64,000 nt of DNA from an uncultured Nitrospinota bacterium (GCA_963707985.1 CAVPRW010000014.1:128001-192000), one strand, 5' to 3'; counted from the first letter of the stretch, positions 43,706 through 54,886 are shown. A program made the numbers and translations. Notes: generated by a model not told the origin, from the sequence alone.

Positions 43706-43910
43706 CTGTTAGCGCTTGTCAATAAAATTTGTCAATAAAATTTGTGGGTTGGACAGATCTTCCAACATTCGCGAATGTCTTGATCTGGGCCACAGCTTTT
43801 TCTATAGCGAGAAGGGATTGGATGGAGGGAGGTCGGGTATGGGACACACACACGACGAGATCACCCAGAACTTAGCGGAGCGGTGGTGTTGGCAGGTCGC
43901 CCGGCGCGAT
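43706..43910 (+). mobile_element. Left-end remnant of an IS with the first codons of a transposase
   Basis: AT-rich end with duplicated TTGTCAATAAAAT, then RBS GGAGG and MGHTHDEITQNLAERWCWQVARRD, which breaks off. Confidence 0.4.
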
Positions 43911-44204
43911 TTGCCCAGAGGACTCCTCGGTCACCGGGATTCAACGGTGTCTCGCTGGCGGAATTTGTCAAACAGTTTCGTCCACGAGCCATTTAGGGTA
44001 TGATCTCCTTCCGTGACACAGGGTCCCTGCGAGGGACCAACCGCATCGTAGGCTTCACGAGGGGCTATAGCATGAGAGCCGTTTCTTCCCCTAGGCCGCC
44101 GCTGCTGGATGGTCATTCCAGCGTGTTAGGTCGCGCGAGAGCTGGGAGGGGGCTCCGTCATGTCGCAGTTGTATACGACTCAACATCTGTGAGAGGAGGG
44201 TATC

Positions 44205-45839
44205 ATGGCAGAAGTCTCTGGCTATGAACTTGTGGCGCGCGCTCTGAAGAATGAAGGCGCGGATACCATGTTTTTCATTATGGGCGGTCCGATGCTCGGC
44301 GCGCAGGATGCGTGCCGGAAGCTCGGGATCCGTATGATCGATGTGCGGCACGAGCAGGCGGCCGCCATGATGGCCAATGCCTATGCACGGCTGACGGGCA
44401 AGGCCGGGGTGTGCTCGGCCGCCTCCGGGCCGGCCACGATGAACCTGGTTAGCGGCGTGGCGCATGCCTATGCGGACTCGGCGCCGATCATCGCGCTGGG
44501 CGGGGCGAGTCCGATCAGTCAATTCCACTCCGAAGTCTTTCAGGAAATCGATCAATTAAGTATCATGCGTCCTGCCACTAAATGGGCCGCGCAGGCGGTG
44601 TCGGCTCGACGTATTCCGGAGTATATCAACATGGCCTATCGCCAGGCCTTGACCGGTCGCCTCGGACCGGCCTTTCTCGACCTGCCCGGCGATGTCTTGT
44701 ACGCCAGGGTGGATGAAGAGACGGTGGTCTGGCCGCAACCCGCCAAGACGGCGCACCGGATCCCTGGAGATCCCGGCTTGGTCCAAGAGGCGGTCGATCT
44801 CCTGTCACGGGCCGATCGCCCGCTGCTAGTTACGGGGAGCGGTATCCTGTGGTCGAATGCCAGTGAAGCGCTCCAGCAATTTGTCGAGGCCACGGGTATT
44901 CCATTCATGACCACCCCGCAAGGCCGTGGGGTGATTCCTGACGATCATCCCCGGTCGTTCCTCGCGGCTCGCAATATGGCCTTCCAGCAGAGCGATGTCG
45001 TGCTCTTCCTGGGCACGCGGTTCAATTATGTGATCTCCCATGGCCAGCCGCCGCGCTTTAATCCAGATGCCAAAGTCCTCCAGGTGAACGCCGATCCGGC
45101 GGAAATTGGCAAAGGACGCCCAGTGGACGTGGGGATTGTGGGCGATGCGAAAACGGTGCTCCGGCAAATGCTCGACTTGGTCCAGGGCAAGTTCGACCCG
45201 CGTAAAGAGACGCCGTGGATTTCGGCCTTGCGCGAGCAAGACCTGAAAGGTCAGGCGCGCCTGGAACCCTTCTTGAATTCTGACGAGGTGCCGATTCACC
45301 CATTGCGTTTGTGTAAAGAGATTGGAGACTTCCTGGATCGTGATGCGATTCTCGTGGTCGATGGCCAGGAAATCCTGAATTACGGCCGACAGTCGATTTC
45401 CACCTATGTCCCAGGGCATCGCCTGAATTCCGGGGTGTTCGGGACCATGGGGGTGGGGGTACCGTTCGGTCTGGGGGCCAAGGCCGCGAAACCAGATAAG
45501 CAAGTGCTGGTTCTGCACGGTGATGGGTCCTTTGGCATGAACGCCATGGAGATGGATACGGCCGTTCGCCATCACCTGCCAGTGGTCACCGTCATCAGTC
45601 TCAATGGCGGCTGGACGGCTGACCCCGAAGGCGGCAAGATCGGCCGGGACCTCGGCTACACGCGTTATGAGAAGATGATGGACGCGTTCGGTGGGCATGG
45701 CGAATATGTCGAAACGCCGGGGGCTATTCGTCCCGCCCTGGAGCGGGCGTTTGCTTCAGGGAAGCCGGCCATTGTGAACGTCAAGACGGATTACCGGGCG
45801 CGCGCCACCACCATGCGCTTCACCAACTACATGACCTAA
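44205..45839 (+). CDS. Thiamine-diphosphate-dependent enzyme (2-hydroxyacyl-CoA lyase / oxalyl-CoA decarboxylase-like)
   Basis: VRHEQAA, FQEIDQ, GTMGVG and the ThDP motif GDGSFG...N. Confidence 0.88.
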   Translation: MAEVSGYELVARALKNEGADTMFFIMGGPMLGAQDACRKLGIRMIDVRHEQAAAMMANAYARLTGKAGVCSAASGPATMNLVSGVAHAYADSAPIIALGGASPISQFHSEVFQEIDQLSIMRPATKWAAQAVSARRIPEYINMAYRQALTGRLGPAFLDLPGDVLYARVDEETVVWPQPAKTAHRIPGDPGLVQEAVDLLSRADRPLLVTGSGILWSNASEALQQFVEATGIPFMTTPQGRGVIPDDHPRSFLAARNMAFQQSDVVLFLGTRFNYVISHGQPPRFNPDAKVLQVNADPAEIGKGRPVDVGIVGDAKTVLRQMLDLVQGKFDPRKETPWISALREQDLKGQARLEPFLNSDEVPIHPLRLCKEIGDFLDRDAILVVDGQEILNYGRQSISTYVPGHRLNSGVFGTMGVGVPFGLGAKAAKPDKQVLVLHGDGSFGMNAMEMDTAVRHHLPVVTVISLNGGWTADPEGGKIGRDLGYTRYEKMMDAFGGHGEYVETPGAIRPALERAFASGKPAIVNVKTDYRARATTMRFTNYMT

Positions 45840-46433
45840 GACGGCGCTTGCGAACCTCGTTCGGGCGCCAATGTAGGGGTCTGGACACCATGGAATGGCG
45901 GATACCTGGTGTCCAGCTTCTGTGCTCAACATGGGCATGGATAAGAGAATCCACGCGACGGGAGATGAAAAGAGCTATACGGCCATGACGGCAAGTTGTG
46001 TCTGAGGCTAGAAGGTTGGCCCCAGAGCTACGTGATGGCCGTTCCAGTCAACGAGCCCGTTTGGCAGGGCTTTCAACAGCTGTGGGTCCAGGTTCTCATC
46101 GCGCCGCTCGCGGCCGACGCCTGCTAGCGCCCGAGCGCCAGGGAGGGTGCCAAGAGGTCACGGCGGTGAGAAACGGCACAGGATCCGCTTGCATGGGGCG
46201 GCGCATCAGGCTGGGCTAGTCACGGTTCCCGGTGCAGACCTCCAAGCGGCCTTTAAGAAGGCCGACATGTTGATGAAAAGATCCCCAGCGGCTTGGGCAA
46301 AACTCATCCTGGAATGGAAGAAGATCCTGTAAAGGCCCTGGCGATATGTCAGGTACGTATTACTCTCAGGTTGCACTCAAGTGTTGCCCTTGCGAGCGGA
46401 TCAAGGAGCCGTCATAGGCTTGGAGGAGGGACG

Positions 46434-46670
46434 ATGTCGATTAAAGAGCAGGTCGCCCACGAGCTCGATAATTTAAGCGACGTTGAACTCGAACAGCTTG
46501 CCGAATACGTAGCGTTCTTAAAATTTCGGGCACGAGTTGGCCGGATGCCGGCGCTTGAAGAAGCACAATTAGCGGCTCTCTACAGTGAATTTTCTGACGA
46601 AGACCGCAAGCTCGCCGAGGAAGGATTGTCAGATTACGCGGAGGGATTGGCGAAAGAAGATATCTCATGA
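46434..46670 (+). CDS. Putative antitoxin partner of the downstream MazF-like gene
   Basis: Small acidic ORF with RBS GGAGGAGG; stop overlaps the toxin ATG (ATGA). Confidence 0.6.
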   Translation: MSIKEQVAHELDNLSDVELEQLAEYVAFLKFRARVGRMPALEEAQLAALYSEFSDEDRKLAEEGLSDYAEGLAKEDIS

Positions 46671-47015
46671 CCATGAGATGAGGTGAAATCTGCTTGGCGG
46701 ACCTCAGTCCGACACGTGGTTCGGAACAAGCTGGCGTCCGCACTGTCCTTATATTTCAGAATGATTTGGTGAGCAATTTCAGCACGACTGCCCTAACCAT
46801 AACCATTGACAACGAATTTGCGCAGCGCTTCTCTGCCGACATGTGTGCGAATATCCAAGGGCGAAGGCGGTCTTGCTAACGACTCCGTCGCGCTTTGCCA
46901 CCAGTTGCGGGTGCTGGATAATACGCGGTTGCAGCGAAAGCTTGGCACAGTGACTCAGCCAACCCTGTCGCTAATCGAGAGTGTTGTATTGTTCACGTTA
47001 GGCATCCTCCCATAA
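46667..47015 (+). pseudogene. PemK/MazF-family toxin pseudogene
   Basis: MTMR*GEICLADLSPTRGSEQAGVR.VLIFQND...LANDSVALCHQLRVLD; in-frame TGA at 46679 plus a frameshift near 46803. Confidence 0.8.
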
Positions 47016-47170
47016 GCCAAGCGCCTCAAACGGAATCCCGTGGTCCATTTGCGTCCTACCGGTAGTGTCTTTATGATACTAGAGTTTATAGCCTATGATC
47101 CATGATCGAGAGCACTCAACCCCATTTCGGAACGGCAAAAGTCTATAGAGATTGCCCAAGGAGCGGACTA

Positions 47171-48316
47171 ATGGTTGATTTTGCTCTGACTGAGGAGCAA
47201 GAGGAGCTACGGCGCGTGGCGCGGGAGTTCGCCCAGAACGAGATCGCGCCCGTGGCGATGGCGTTCGATAAGACCGGTGAGTTTCCTTGGGAAATCTATC
47301 GCAAGGCCTACGACATCGGCCTGATGAATGTCAGTGTGCCCACAGACTATGACGGTGGCGGACTGAGCGCCATCGAGTGCTGCCTCATCATCGAGGAACT
47401 GGGGGCCGCTTGTGCCGGTATTACCACTTCCATCATGGTCAATGACCTCGCCCTGATGCCGATTCTGGTCGGCGGTTCCGAGGAGCAGCAACGCACCTTC
47501 GTCACCCCGTTCTGCTCCCGCTTCAACATGGGTGCCTTCTGTCTGACCGAGCCGGGGGCGGGTTCTGACGTGGCATCGATGTCCACCACGGCCAAGCGCG
47601 ACGGCGACGCTTATGTTCTCAATGGCACTAAAACGTTCATCACCAATGGTAGCGTTGCCAGCCTCTATACCGTTTTCGCGACCCGTGACAAAAGCCTGCG
47701 CCATCAAGGCATCGCTGGATTCATTGTACCAGCCGACACACCTGGTATCTCGCGTGGCAAGAAATTCGATAAGATGGGCCAGCGTGCCTCCGATACTGCC
47801 GAGGTCATCTTTGAGGATGTCCGCGTGCCCCGCGCCAATCTATTGGGGCGAGAGGATGAAGGGTTCAGAATCGCCATGGTCACGCTAGACCGCACCCGAC
47901 CGATGATCGCCGCGATGTCCGTCGGGCTGGCTCGCGCCGCCATGGACGCGGCGGTTCAATATGCCAAGGAGCGCATCACGTTTGGTATGCCGATTGGCCA
48001 TCACCAGGCGGTGCAGCTGCTCATCGCCGACATGGCGAAGGACATCGAAGCCGCGCGCCTGCTGACCTGGCAGTGCGCCTGGCTCATCGACCAGGGGCAT
48101 CGAGCCACAAAGGAGTCATCCTTGGCGAAATGCTTTGCCACTGATATTGCTATGCGTGTGACCACTGATGCGGTGCAGGTCTTTGGCGGTTATGGGTATA
48201 TGAAGGACCTACCTCTCGAAAAATATATGCGTGATGCCAAGCTCATGCAAATCTATGAGGGCACCAATCAAATCCAACGCCTCGTCATCGCCCGTCATCT
48301 GCTGGGGATCGCCTAG
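47171..48316 (+). CDS. Acyl-CoA dehydrogenase
   Basis: FCLTEPGAGSD, NGTKTFITN, KMGQRAS, VFGGYGY and IYEGTNQIQR motifs. Confidence 0.95.
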   Translation: MVDFALTEEQEELRRVAREFAQNEIAPVAMAFDKTGEFPWEIYRKAYDIGLMNVSVPTDYDGGGLSAIECCLIIEELGAACAGITTSIMVNDLALMPILVGGSEEQQRTFVTPFCSRFNMGAFCLTEPGAGSDVASMSTTAKRDGDAYVLNGTKTFITNGSVASLYTVFATRDKSLRHQGIAGFIVPADTPGISRGKKFDKMGQRASDTAEVIFEDVRVPRANLLGREDEGFRIAMVTLDRTRPMIAAMSVGLARAAMDAAVQYAKERITFGMPIGHHQAVQLLIADMAKDIEAARLLTWQCAWLIDQGHRATKESSLAKCFATDIAMRVTTDAVQVFGGYGYMKDLPLEKYMRDAKLMQIYEGTNQIQRLVIARHLLGIA

Positions 48317-48431
48317 TTCATTCCCTGGGGTGATGTTCTCTCCTCCCGGCTCATTGGTGTTTGCCCTATATGGATGCTTGTGGCGCTGAGACTTTGCAGG
48401 TTTTCTTCCCCAGCTCATCGAGGAGGTTGAG

Positions 48432-50807
48432 GTGGCACAACGTAGCCCGAGCCGCCGACGTGTCCGCTCCCAGAAGTTAAGCCACCGTTGGTGGCATCGG
48501 GGCGTGTGGCGCATCCCACTGCTGCTTCTCCCGGCGGTGCTTTGTGCCATGGTGGGAGCAGCATATGTGTATGTGCAGTTCTCCCAAATGATCATCCTGG
48601 GGTTTGAGGGGAAGCGCTGGAGTCTGTCCTCGAAGGTGTATGCTGAGCCAGAGTCGTTATACCCTGGGCTACCGCTTCGCCTCGACGACCTGCAAGCTAG
48701 CCTCGAACGTCTAGGCTATCGGTCAGTGCAGGTGCTGACGAATCAGGGGCAATATCGCATGCATGCCGGCCAAGTCGATATCGCCTTGCGCGAGTTTCGT
48801 TATCCCTATCGCCGCGAGCCTGCCCGCAATCTCCGCGTGATGTTTCGGCGTAACACTGTGAGAGAGATCCGTGATCTGCGAGGTGACCAGGCGATCAGCG
48901 TCGTCGATTTGGAGCCACAACTGGTCAGTGAGTTTTTTACGCCAGAGCGCGAGAAACGGCAGCTCGTCAAGATCGGCGACATTCCACTACACCTGATTCA
49001 TGCGGTTGTCGCCATCGAAGATCGCCGCTTTTATGCCCATCGAGGCGTCGATTGGCATGGTGTTCTGCGCGCGCTCTACCGCAATGTTCGGACTGCAGGT
49101 GTCACTGAAGGCGGTAGTACGTTGACGCAGCAACTTGTCAAGAATTTCTTTCTGACCCCAAAGCGTACGATCTGGCGCAAGGGCGCTGAAATGATCATGG
49201 CCGTGATGGTCGAGGCGCGGTATTCGAAAGCGGCCATCCTGGAGCTCTATCTCAACGAGATCTATCTCGGCCAGCGGGGCTCGATCAGCATTAACGGGGT
49301 TGGGGAAGCGGCGCGTTTGTACTTCCGCAAAGACGTGCGAGAGCTGGCGATCGCGGAGGCAGCGCTGATGGCCGGTCTGATCCGCGCCCCACAGCTCTAC
49401 TCGCCCTATAAGCATGCGGAACGAGCGGTAGAGCGACGCAATCGCGTCCTCACCGCCATGCTCGATGCCGGGTATCTGTTGCCAGAGGCCTACCAGCGCG
49501 CGATGGGCATGCCACTCCGCGTCGAGACCGTGACGCTCGAAGTCAACCGCGCCCCCTATTTCGTGGACCTGTTGCGTGAGCAACTGCTGCAGCGCTACTC
49601 TGTCGAAGAGTTAACAAGTAATAATCTCACCATCTTTACCTCCTTGGACCTGCGGTTACAGGAAGCTGCACAGCGCGTCCTCGAGGCGGGATTGGCACGC
49701 ATCGATAGCCGTCTGGCAAAAACAGCCGAAGGACGCGAAGCCCAGGGGGCACTGATTGTGCTTCAACCCCAAACCGGCTTTATTCGTGCCCTCGTTGGGG
49801 GACGTGATTATGCTACCAGCCAGTTCAATCGGGTTACCCAGGCGCGTCGTCAGGTGGGCTCGGTGTTCAAACCAATTGTGTATGCGGCGGCATTGGAGAG
49901 CGCTTTCCGACGCGGCGAAGCAGTCGTCACCGCCCTCACCCATGTGGAGGATGTGCCAACGACGTTTACCCATAATGGTCAACGCTGGTCTCCCAAGAAT
50001 TACGACGGCCGCTACCTGGGCTGGGTCGGCCCGCGCACGGCTCTGGAGCAGTCCTTGAACGTGGCGACCGTCAAGTTTGCTGAGCGCGTTGGTTATGAAA
50101 CGGTGGTCCGCTACGCCCGGCGTATGGGCCTGCAAGGGAAACTGGAGCCCCTGCCGTCGCTGGCCCTGGGTGCCTTTGAGGCCAGCCCCTGGGATGTGGC
50201 ACAGGTCTACGCCGTGCTGGCAAACCATGGCCTGCGCGCCTCGCCCTTCTCCACTAAAGAAGTGATGACGGCTGATAACCGCGTCCTGGAAAAGCAGCAT
50301 ATTGGTATCGAGGCGGCGTTGCAGCCAGCCACGGCATTTCTCGTCACCGATTTTCTCGAAGGGGTGTTCGAGCACGGTACGGCTCGAGGTGCGCGCCGAG
50401 CAGGCTTTCATTGGACGGCAGCCGGGAAAACCGGCACGACGGATGAGGGGCGGGACGCCTGGTTCGCTGGCTATACTCCGGATTTGCTGGTCGTCGTGTG
50501 GGTAGGCTATGATGATAACCATCCGCTGGGATTAACTGGGGCGCAGGCGGCGTTGCCGATCTGGGTCGATTTTATGAAGCAAGCCCTGGAGGGACGGCCG
50601 TCACAGGTGTTCCATCCCCCTCCAGGATTGGTGCAAGCGACGGTGGATCCGCGGACTGGCGAGGTGGCCCACACCGGCTGCCCGACGCGCGTCACTGAGA
50701 TGTTTATCGCCGGCACTGAGCCCAAGACGTTTTGCGCGCTGCACAGCACGGCCGCAGCAGAGGAGCCGACATCTTCCCGACCGAGCCCTGTTCTCCCACG
50801 TGAGTAG
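48432..50807 (+). CDS. mrcB: Class A penicillin-binding protein (PBP1b-like, with UB2H-like region)
   Basis: TM anchor; transglycosylase EDRRF and GGSTLTQQLVKN; transpeptidase SVFK, SLN and KTG motifs. Confidence 0.85.
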   Translation: MAQRSPSRRRVRSQKLSHRWWHRGVWRIPLLLLPAVLCAMVGAAYVYVQFSQMIILGFEGKRWSLSSKVYAEPESLYPGLPLRLDDLQASLERLGYRSVQVLTNQGQYRMHAGQVDIALREFRYPYRREPARNLRVMFRRNTVREIRDLRGDQAISVVDLEPQLVSEFFTPEREKRQLVKIGDIPLHLIHAVVAIEDRRFYAHRGVDWHGVLRALYRNVRTAGVTEGGSTLTQQLVKNFFLTPKRTIWRKGAEMIMAVMVEARYSKAAILELYLNEIYLGQRGSISINGVGEAARLYFRKDVRELAIAEAALMAGLIRAPQLYSPYKHAERAVERRNRVLTAMLDAGYLLPEAYQRAMGMPLRVETVTLEVNRAPYFVDLLREQLLQRYSVEELTSNNLTIFTSLDLRLQEAAQRVLEAGLARIDSRLAKTAEGREAQGALIVLQPQTGFIRALVGGRDYATSQFNRVTQARRQVGSVFKPIVYAAALESAFRRGEAVVTALTHVEDVPTTFTHNGQRWSPKNYDGRYLGWVGPRTALEQSLNVATVKFAERVGYETVVRYARRMGLQGKLEPLPSLALGAFEASPWDVAQVYAVLANHGLRASPFSTKEVMTADNRVLEKQHIGIEAALQPATAFLVTDFLEGVFEHGTARGARRAGFHWTAAGKTGTTDEGRDAWFAGYTPDLLVVVWVGYDDNHPLGLTGAQAALPIWVDFMKQALEGRPSQVFHPPPGLVQATVDPRTGEVAHTGCPTRVTEMFIAGTEPKTFCALHSTAAAEEPTSSRPSPVLPRE

Positions 50808-50866
50808 ATGGTTCGAGGAGCCACGCGTCTGGAGGGGACGTCGTCATAGTTGTCGGAAAGGGAAAC

Positions 50867-51475
50867 ATGACTCATCGTAACTGGTGTGAAGCATTTGCCC
50901 GCGGTGTGCTGTTCATTCTTCCGCTCCTGCTGAGTTGGGGGTGTGCCACACCGCCAGTCCAACAGCCACCGGCGGCGACGGCACCACCAGCGCGGCCAAG
51001 GGCGAGTGAGCCGTCGGGAGGACCGCCAGCAGCATCTGCTCCACAGGCTTCTCCTTCTCCTAAGGCGCCAGCTGCGATGCGTCCCCGTGAACAGCCCCCA
51101 TCTGCGACCATGGTCGCTTCAGCACAATGGGTAGAGGAAGCCAGTCGCGCCATCGACGGGGGAGATTATGATCGGGCTACATCGTTGCTCGAGCGCGCAG
51201 TGAGTGTGGAACCGAATAACGGGCGGGCCTATTACTATTACGGGCTGGCGATGGGGGAGCGGGGCAGACCAGGCGCGGCGCTTTCACTGTTCCAAAAAGC
51301 GGAGATCTTATTGCAGGGTGACGCGCATGCCCTTGGGGAGACATATGTGCAGATGGGCATGAACCTGGAACGCCTGGGACGGCGACCGGAGGCAGTCCGT
51401 CGCTACGAGCAGGCATTAGCGCAAGATCCCTCCAATACCCTGGCCCGCCGGCGCCTAGAGGCACTGCGTGGGTAA
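50867..51475 (+). CDS. TPR-repeat lipoprotein with Pro/Ala linker (LpoP-like)
   Basis: Lipobox-like LSWGC, Pro-rich linker, TPR helices (A..LLERAVSVEPNNG.AYY); directly downstream of the PBP1b gene. Confidence 0.75.
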   Translation: MTHRNWCEAFARGVLFILPLLLSWGCATPPVQQPPAATAPPARPRASEPSGGPPAASAPQASPSPKAPAAMRPREQPPSATMVASAQWVEEASRAIDGGDYDRATSLLERAVSVEPNNGRAYYYYGLAMGERGRPGAALSLFQKAEILLQGDAHALGETYVQMGMNLERLGRRPEAVRRYEQALAQDPSNTLARRRLEALRG

Positions 51476-51793
51476 CGGTGTCATGGCCATGTCAAACCCT
51501 CGGGTGCGGAGTAACGAACTGTACAGCCGCTTGCCATTCTGATCCGCCACAGCGACCCGGTTTCCTCTCGTGCACTGGTGAAGCCACGTCGTTTTACTGG
51601 CCAATCCGCCGTCACCACGCGTCCGCATTATGGTTGCCACGACGCCGGCGGACGAAGGGACGCTGCAGGGTGTCGGCTGCAACGCTGTGATGGGCGCAGT
51701 CTAGGCGTCAAGTGTGGGGAGAATTCAGCGTGGAGTGGCCGGAGGACGGTATTGAATTGTTGGGTAGCGGTCGGGTGCTAGGATAAATGAGCC

Positions 51794-52622
51794 CTACTCG
51801 CTACCGCTGGCCTGGCGCACAACCCGCATCATCACTTCATGCAAATTGGTGCCGGCAGCATTCAAGGGGTCGATGCTGCTCACCAGAGTAGTACGCAATG
51901 CGGAGAGATCTTGACTCGGCGGGTTCCTGGGCTGCCCGCACCAGGTCAAGCTTGGCCAGTTCCTGCGACTCGGCCTGGTGCGGATTGAACAACCCATTGA
52001 GCTCGGTGCATTGGTGACACGCCCCCTGTTGGTTGATCAGGGAACAGCGCTGCTCAAAAATGTGCCTCATCGTCGTCCGCGCCGCATGCAGCAGAGATGC
52101 GACGACGTCAACCGAACGCCCCAACACCTCGGCTGCTTCGTCAGCGGTGAAGGTATAGATATCACAGAGCACGAGTGTGATGTGCTCGTCCAGCGGTAAG
52201 GTCTTCAGCATGCAGGTAAAGCAAAAATCGACGTGCTCGCGCATTTCGTAGCGTGCGCGTGGGGACTCCCAGTGCGTGCGGTAAAGGAGTTCTGGGATCT
52301 CCAGGTCGGCTGCAGCCAAAGCTTTGGCTTTGTCCTGGGCCTCAACGGGCCAGCGAGCCTTGACACGGGGTTGCTCTCTGGCCATATGCGTGGCGATCGC
52401 AAAAAGCCAGGTACGCACGCTGCAGCGTCCATCAAAGGTTCCTAGACGGCTGAAGCTCTGAATCCAGACCTCCTGGGCCAAATCCTCCGCATCCTCGCGG
52501 CAGGCTGTCAGACGATAGAGGTATGATTTGAGCAACCCCTGATGCCGCAGCACCAACTGCGCAAAGGCGTCTTCATCACCGGACGTCGCCTGTGCCATCA
52601 GCTCGCTATCACCGATCTCCAT
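51794..52622 (-). CDS. ECF sigma-70 factor with Cys-rich motifs; indel near 51905
   Basis: Region 2 (DAEDLAQE, RTWLFAIATH), region 4 HTH, FCFTC and CSLINQQGACHQC; C-terminus continues in ORF 51794..51997. Confidence 0.85.
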
Positions 52623-52841
52623 CAGTATTCACCACCATAGCTCGTGAGCTGCCATACGGGTTTGAGGCTTCAGATGCCGCCCTTCGCTCAATGATCACGT
52701 TAGCTCGAATTGTGTATGCACTACCCAGTCCCGGCACAGGGCCAGTGGTCGAGTCCGTAGCCCTCCAGCCGGTGTTGAGCGCATGGGCGTAATTCTCTTA
52801 GCCTATCATCCGAGCGAGTGGACCGGTTGCCTATGCCCCAC

Positions 52842-53822
52842 TTATGATGGTTCATTATAGAGGTGACAGGCCACCTGGTGGCCGTTGGTCGCTGAACGCA
52901 ACACAGGCTCGATTTCAGAGCAAACGGGCTTGGCGAACGGACAGCGCGGGTGGAAACGGCAGCCGGTAGGAGGATTCAACGGACTAGGCACCTCACCGGC
53001 GATGATCATTTCCTCACGTGGCTCATCTGGGTGTGAGGGCAAGGCTGCGGAGAACAGGGCCTGCGTGTACGGATGCAGCGGTTTGTGTCGCAGCTCATCA
53101 CTGCTGCCGAACTCGACGATTTTGCCCAGGTACATCACGGCAATGTTCGTGCTGAGATGCAGGACCGCCGCGAGGTCATGGGCGATGAGCAGATAGCTGA
53201 GACCGAATTGCTGTTGTAGGTCTTGCAACAAATTCATGATCTGCGCTCGGATGGAGACATCGAGCGCCGAGACCGGCTCATCCAGCACGATCAAACTCGG
53301 GTTCAACGACAGCGCGCGGGCGATGGCGATGCGTTGGCGCTGACCGCCGCTGAATTCGTGGGGGAAGAGATTGCTGGAGTTGGGGTTCAACCCCACCAGG
53401 CGGAGGAGCTCTTGCACACGCTCACGCATTTGCGCTTTGGGGAGCGGTTCGTTGACGACCACTGGCTCGGCGATGATGTCACCGACGCGGATACGCGGGT
53501 TCAGCGAGCTGAAGGGATCCTGGAACACAGCCTGCACACCGCGTCGGTATGTTTTCAGTTCATCGTTCGTGAGCGTCTGAATGTCGTGGCCACGAAAAAT
53601 GATGGCGCCACTCGTCGGCTTCTCCAACTTCAGGAGCAACTTCGACGTCGTGGTCTTGCCACATCCCGACTCGCCCACCAAGCCGAGCGTCTCCCCAGTG
53701 CCAATGCTATAGGATACACCGTCTACAGCTTTCACCCAGCCGATGGGCTTCTGGAAAATCACACCCTTCATGACCGGGAAATGCTTAGTGAGATCACGAA
53801 TTTCGACTAACGTATCGCTCAT
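52842..53822 (-). CDS. Oligopeptide ABC ATPase (OppF/DppF-like)
   Basis: GESGCGKT, FSGGQRQR, DEPVSALD, C-terminal GCRFHPRC. Confidence 0.93.
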   Translation of the reverse strand: MSDTLVEIRDLTKHFPVMKGVIFQKPIGWVKAVDGVSYSIGTGETLGLVGESGCGKTTTSKLLLKLEKPTSGAIIFRGHDIQTLTNDELKTYRRGVQAVFQDPFSSLNPRIRVGDIIAEPVVVNEPLPKAQMRERVQELLRLVGLNPNSSNLFPHEFSGGQRQRIAIARALSLNPSLIVLDEPVSALDVSIRAQIMNLLQDLQQQFGLSYLLIAHDLAAVLHLSTNIAVMYLGKIVEFGSSDELRHKPLHPYTQALFSAALPSHPDEPREEMIIAGEVPSPLNPPTGCRFHPRCPFAKPVCSEIEPVLRSATNGHQVACHLYNEPS

Positions 53823-54796
53823 CGTCGCTCCCAGAGCCAGCAACGGGTAAAGTGTTGATCGCCAACCTGATATTCGGGTGGCACCTCGCGGTGACAGCGG
53901 TCCTCGGCTTTGGGGCAACGAGGGCTAAAGGGACAACCGGTAGGAAGATTGGACAGATCTGGAGGCTGCCCTTCGATACTCCACAACCGCTCGGTCTTAT
54001 CGGTGAGTTTGGGCATGGCGTTCAGCAGGGCTTCGGTATATGGATGCGCCGGTTGATTGAAGATGGTCCGCACGGGTGCCCGTTCGACGAGCTTCCCAGC
54101 ATACATCACCGCGACTTTGTCGCACATCTTGGCAACAATCCCGATGTTATGGGTGATAAAGATCATGGCCAGATTGCTACGCTGCTGAATATCCTTCAAC
54201 AGATTGAGATATTGGGCCTGGATGGTGACATCGAGGCTCGTCGTTGGCTCGTCGGCGATGAGCAGGCGTGGCTCGCAAGAGATGCCAATGGCGCCGACAA
54301 TGCGCTGACGCATGCCGCCGCTCATCTGATGGGGGTATTCGCGCATGCGTACTTCAGGGGAAGAAATGCGCACTCCCCGCAGCAGCTCCTTGATGCGTTC
54401 GGCCAAGGAGCGCCCTCGCATGCCGCGGTGGATGCGCAGCGGTTCGCCAATCTGGTCACCGATCGTGAATAGTGGATTGAGGGACATCAGGGGGTCCTGC
54501 AGGATCATGGTAATCTGGCTACCCCGGACGCGTTGCATCTCACGCTCGGTTTTGGTCAGCAGATTCTCCCCAGCAAACCAGAGCTCACCCCCCACGATCC
54601 GCGCCGCCGGGGGTAACAAGCGCAGGATGGAGAGCGACGTCACGGTCTTGCCGCTGCCGGACTCTCCCACGACCCCCATGGTTTCGCCCTCGTTCAGGGT
54701 GAAGCTCACCCCATCGACGGCTTTGACCACGCGCGTCCCCTTGGCCGAGATAAAGTAGGTTCGAAGTTGTTTGATGTCGAGCAACGGTTCAGTCAT
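53819..54796 (-). CDS. Oligopeptide ABC ATPase (OppD/DppD-like)
   Basis: GESGSGKT, MSGGMRQR, DEPTTSLD. Confidence 0.93.
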   Translation of the reverse strand: MTEPLLDIKQLRTYFISAKGTRVVKAVDGVSFTLNEGETMGVVGESGSGKTVTSLSILRLLPPAARIVGGELWFAGENLLTKTEREMQRVRGSQITMILQDPLMSLNPLFTIGDQIGEPLRIHRGMRGRSLAERIKELLRGVRISSPEVRMREYPHQMSGGMRQRIVGAIGISCEPRLLIADEPTTSLDVTIQAQYLNLLKDIQQRSNLAMIFITHNIGIVAKMCDKVAVMYAGKLVERAPVRTIFNQPAHPYTEALLNAMPKLTDKTERLWSIEGQPPDLSNLPTGCPFSPRCPKAEDRCHREVPPEYQVGDQHFTRCWLWERR

Positions 54797-54886
54797 TGTC
54801 TCCTCAACAACCAGAAGTGGGCGATGAGGACTGAGCTGGATGTCTTTCCTCCCCAAGCCTCAGGGCTCAGTCCTCGGTCCTGCCCT

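Noticed and set aside
46679..46681. In-frame TGA in the mazF-like gene as a second selenocysteine
   Set aside because: The position corresponds to Arg in the usual (M)xRG(E/D)I start (CGA to TGA), not Cys, and the gene has a further frameshift, so it is a pseudogene.
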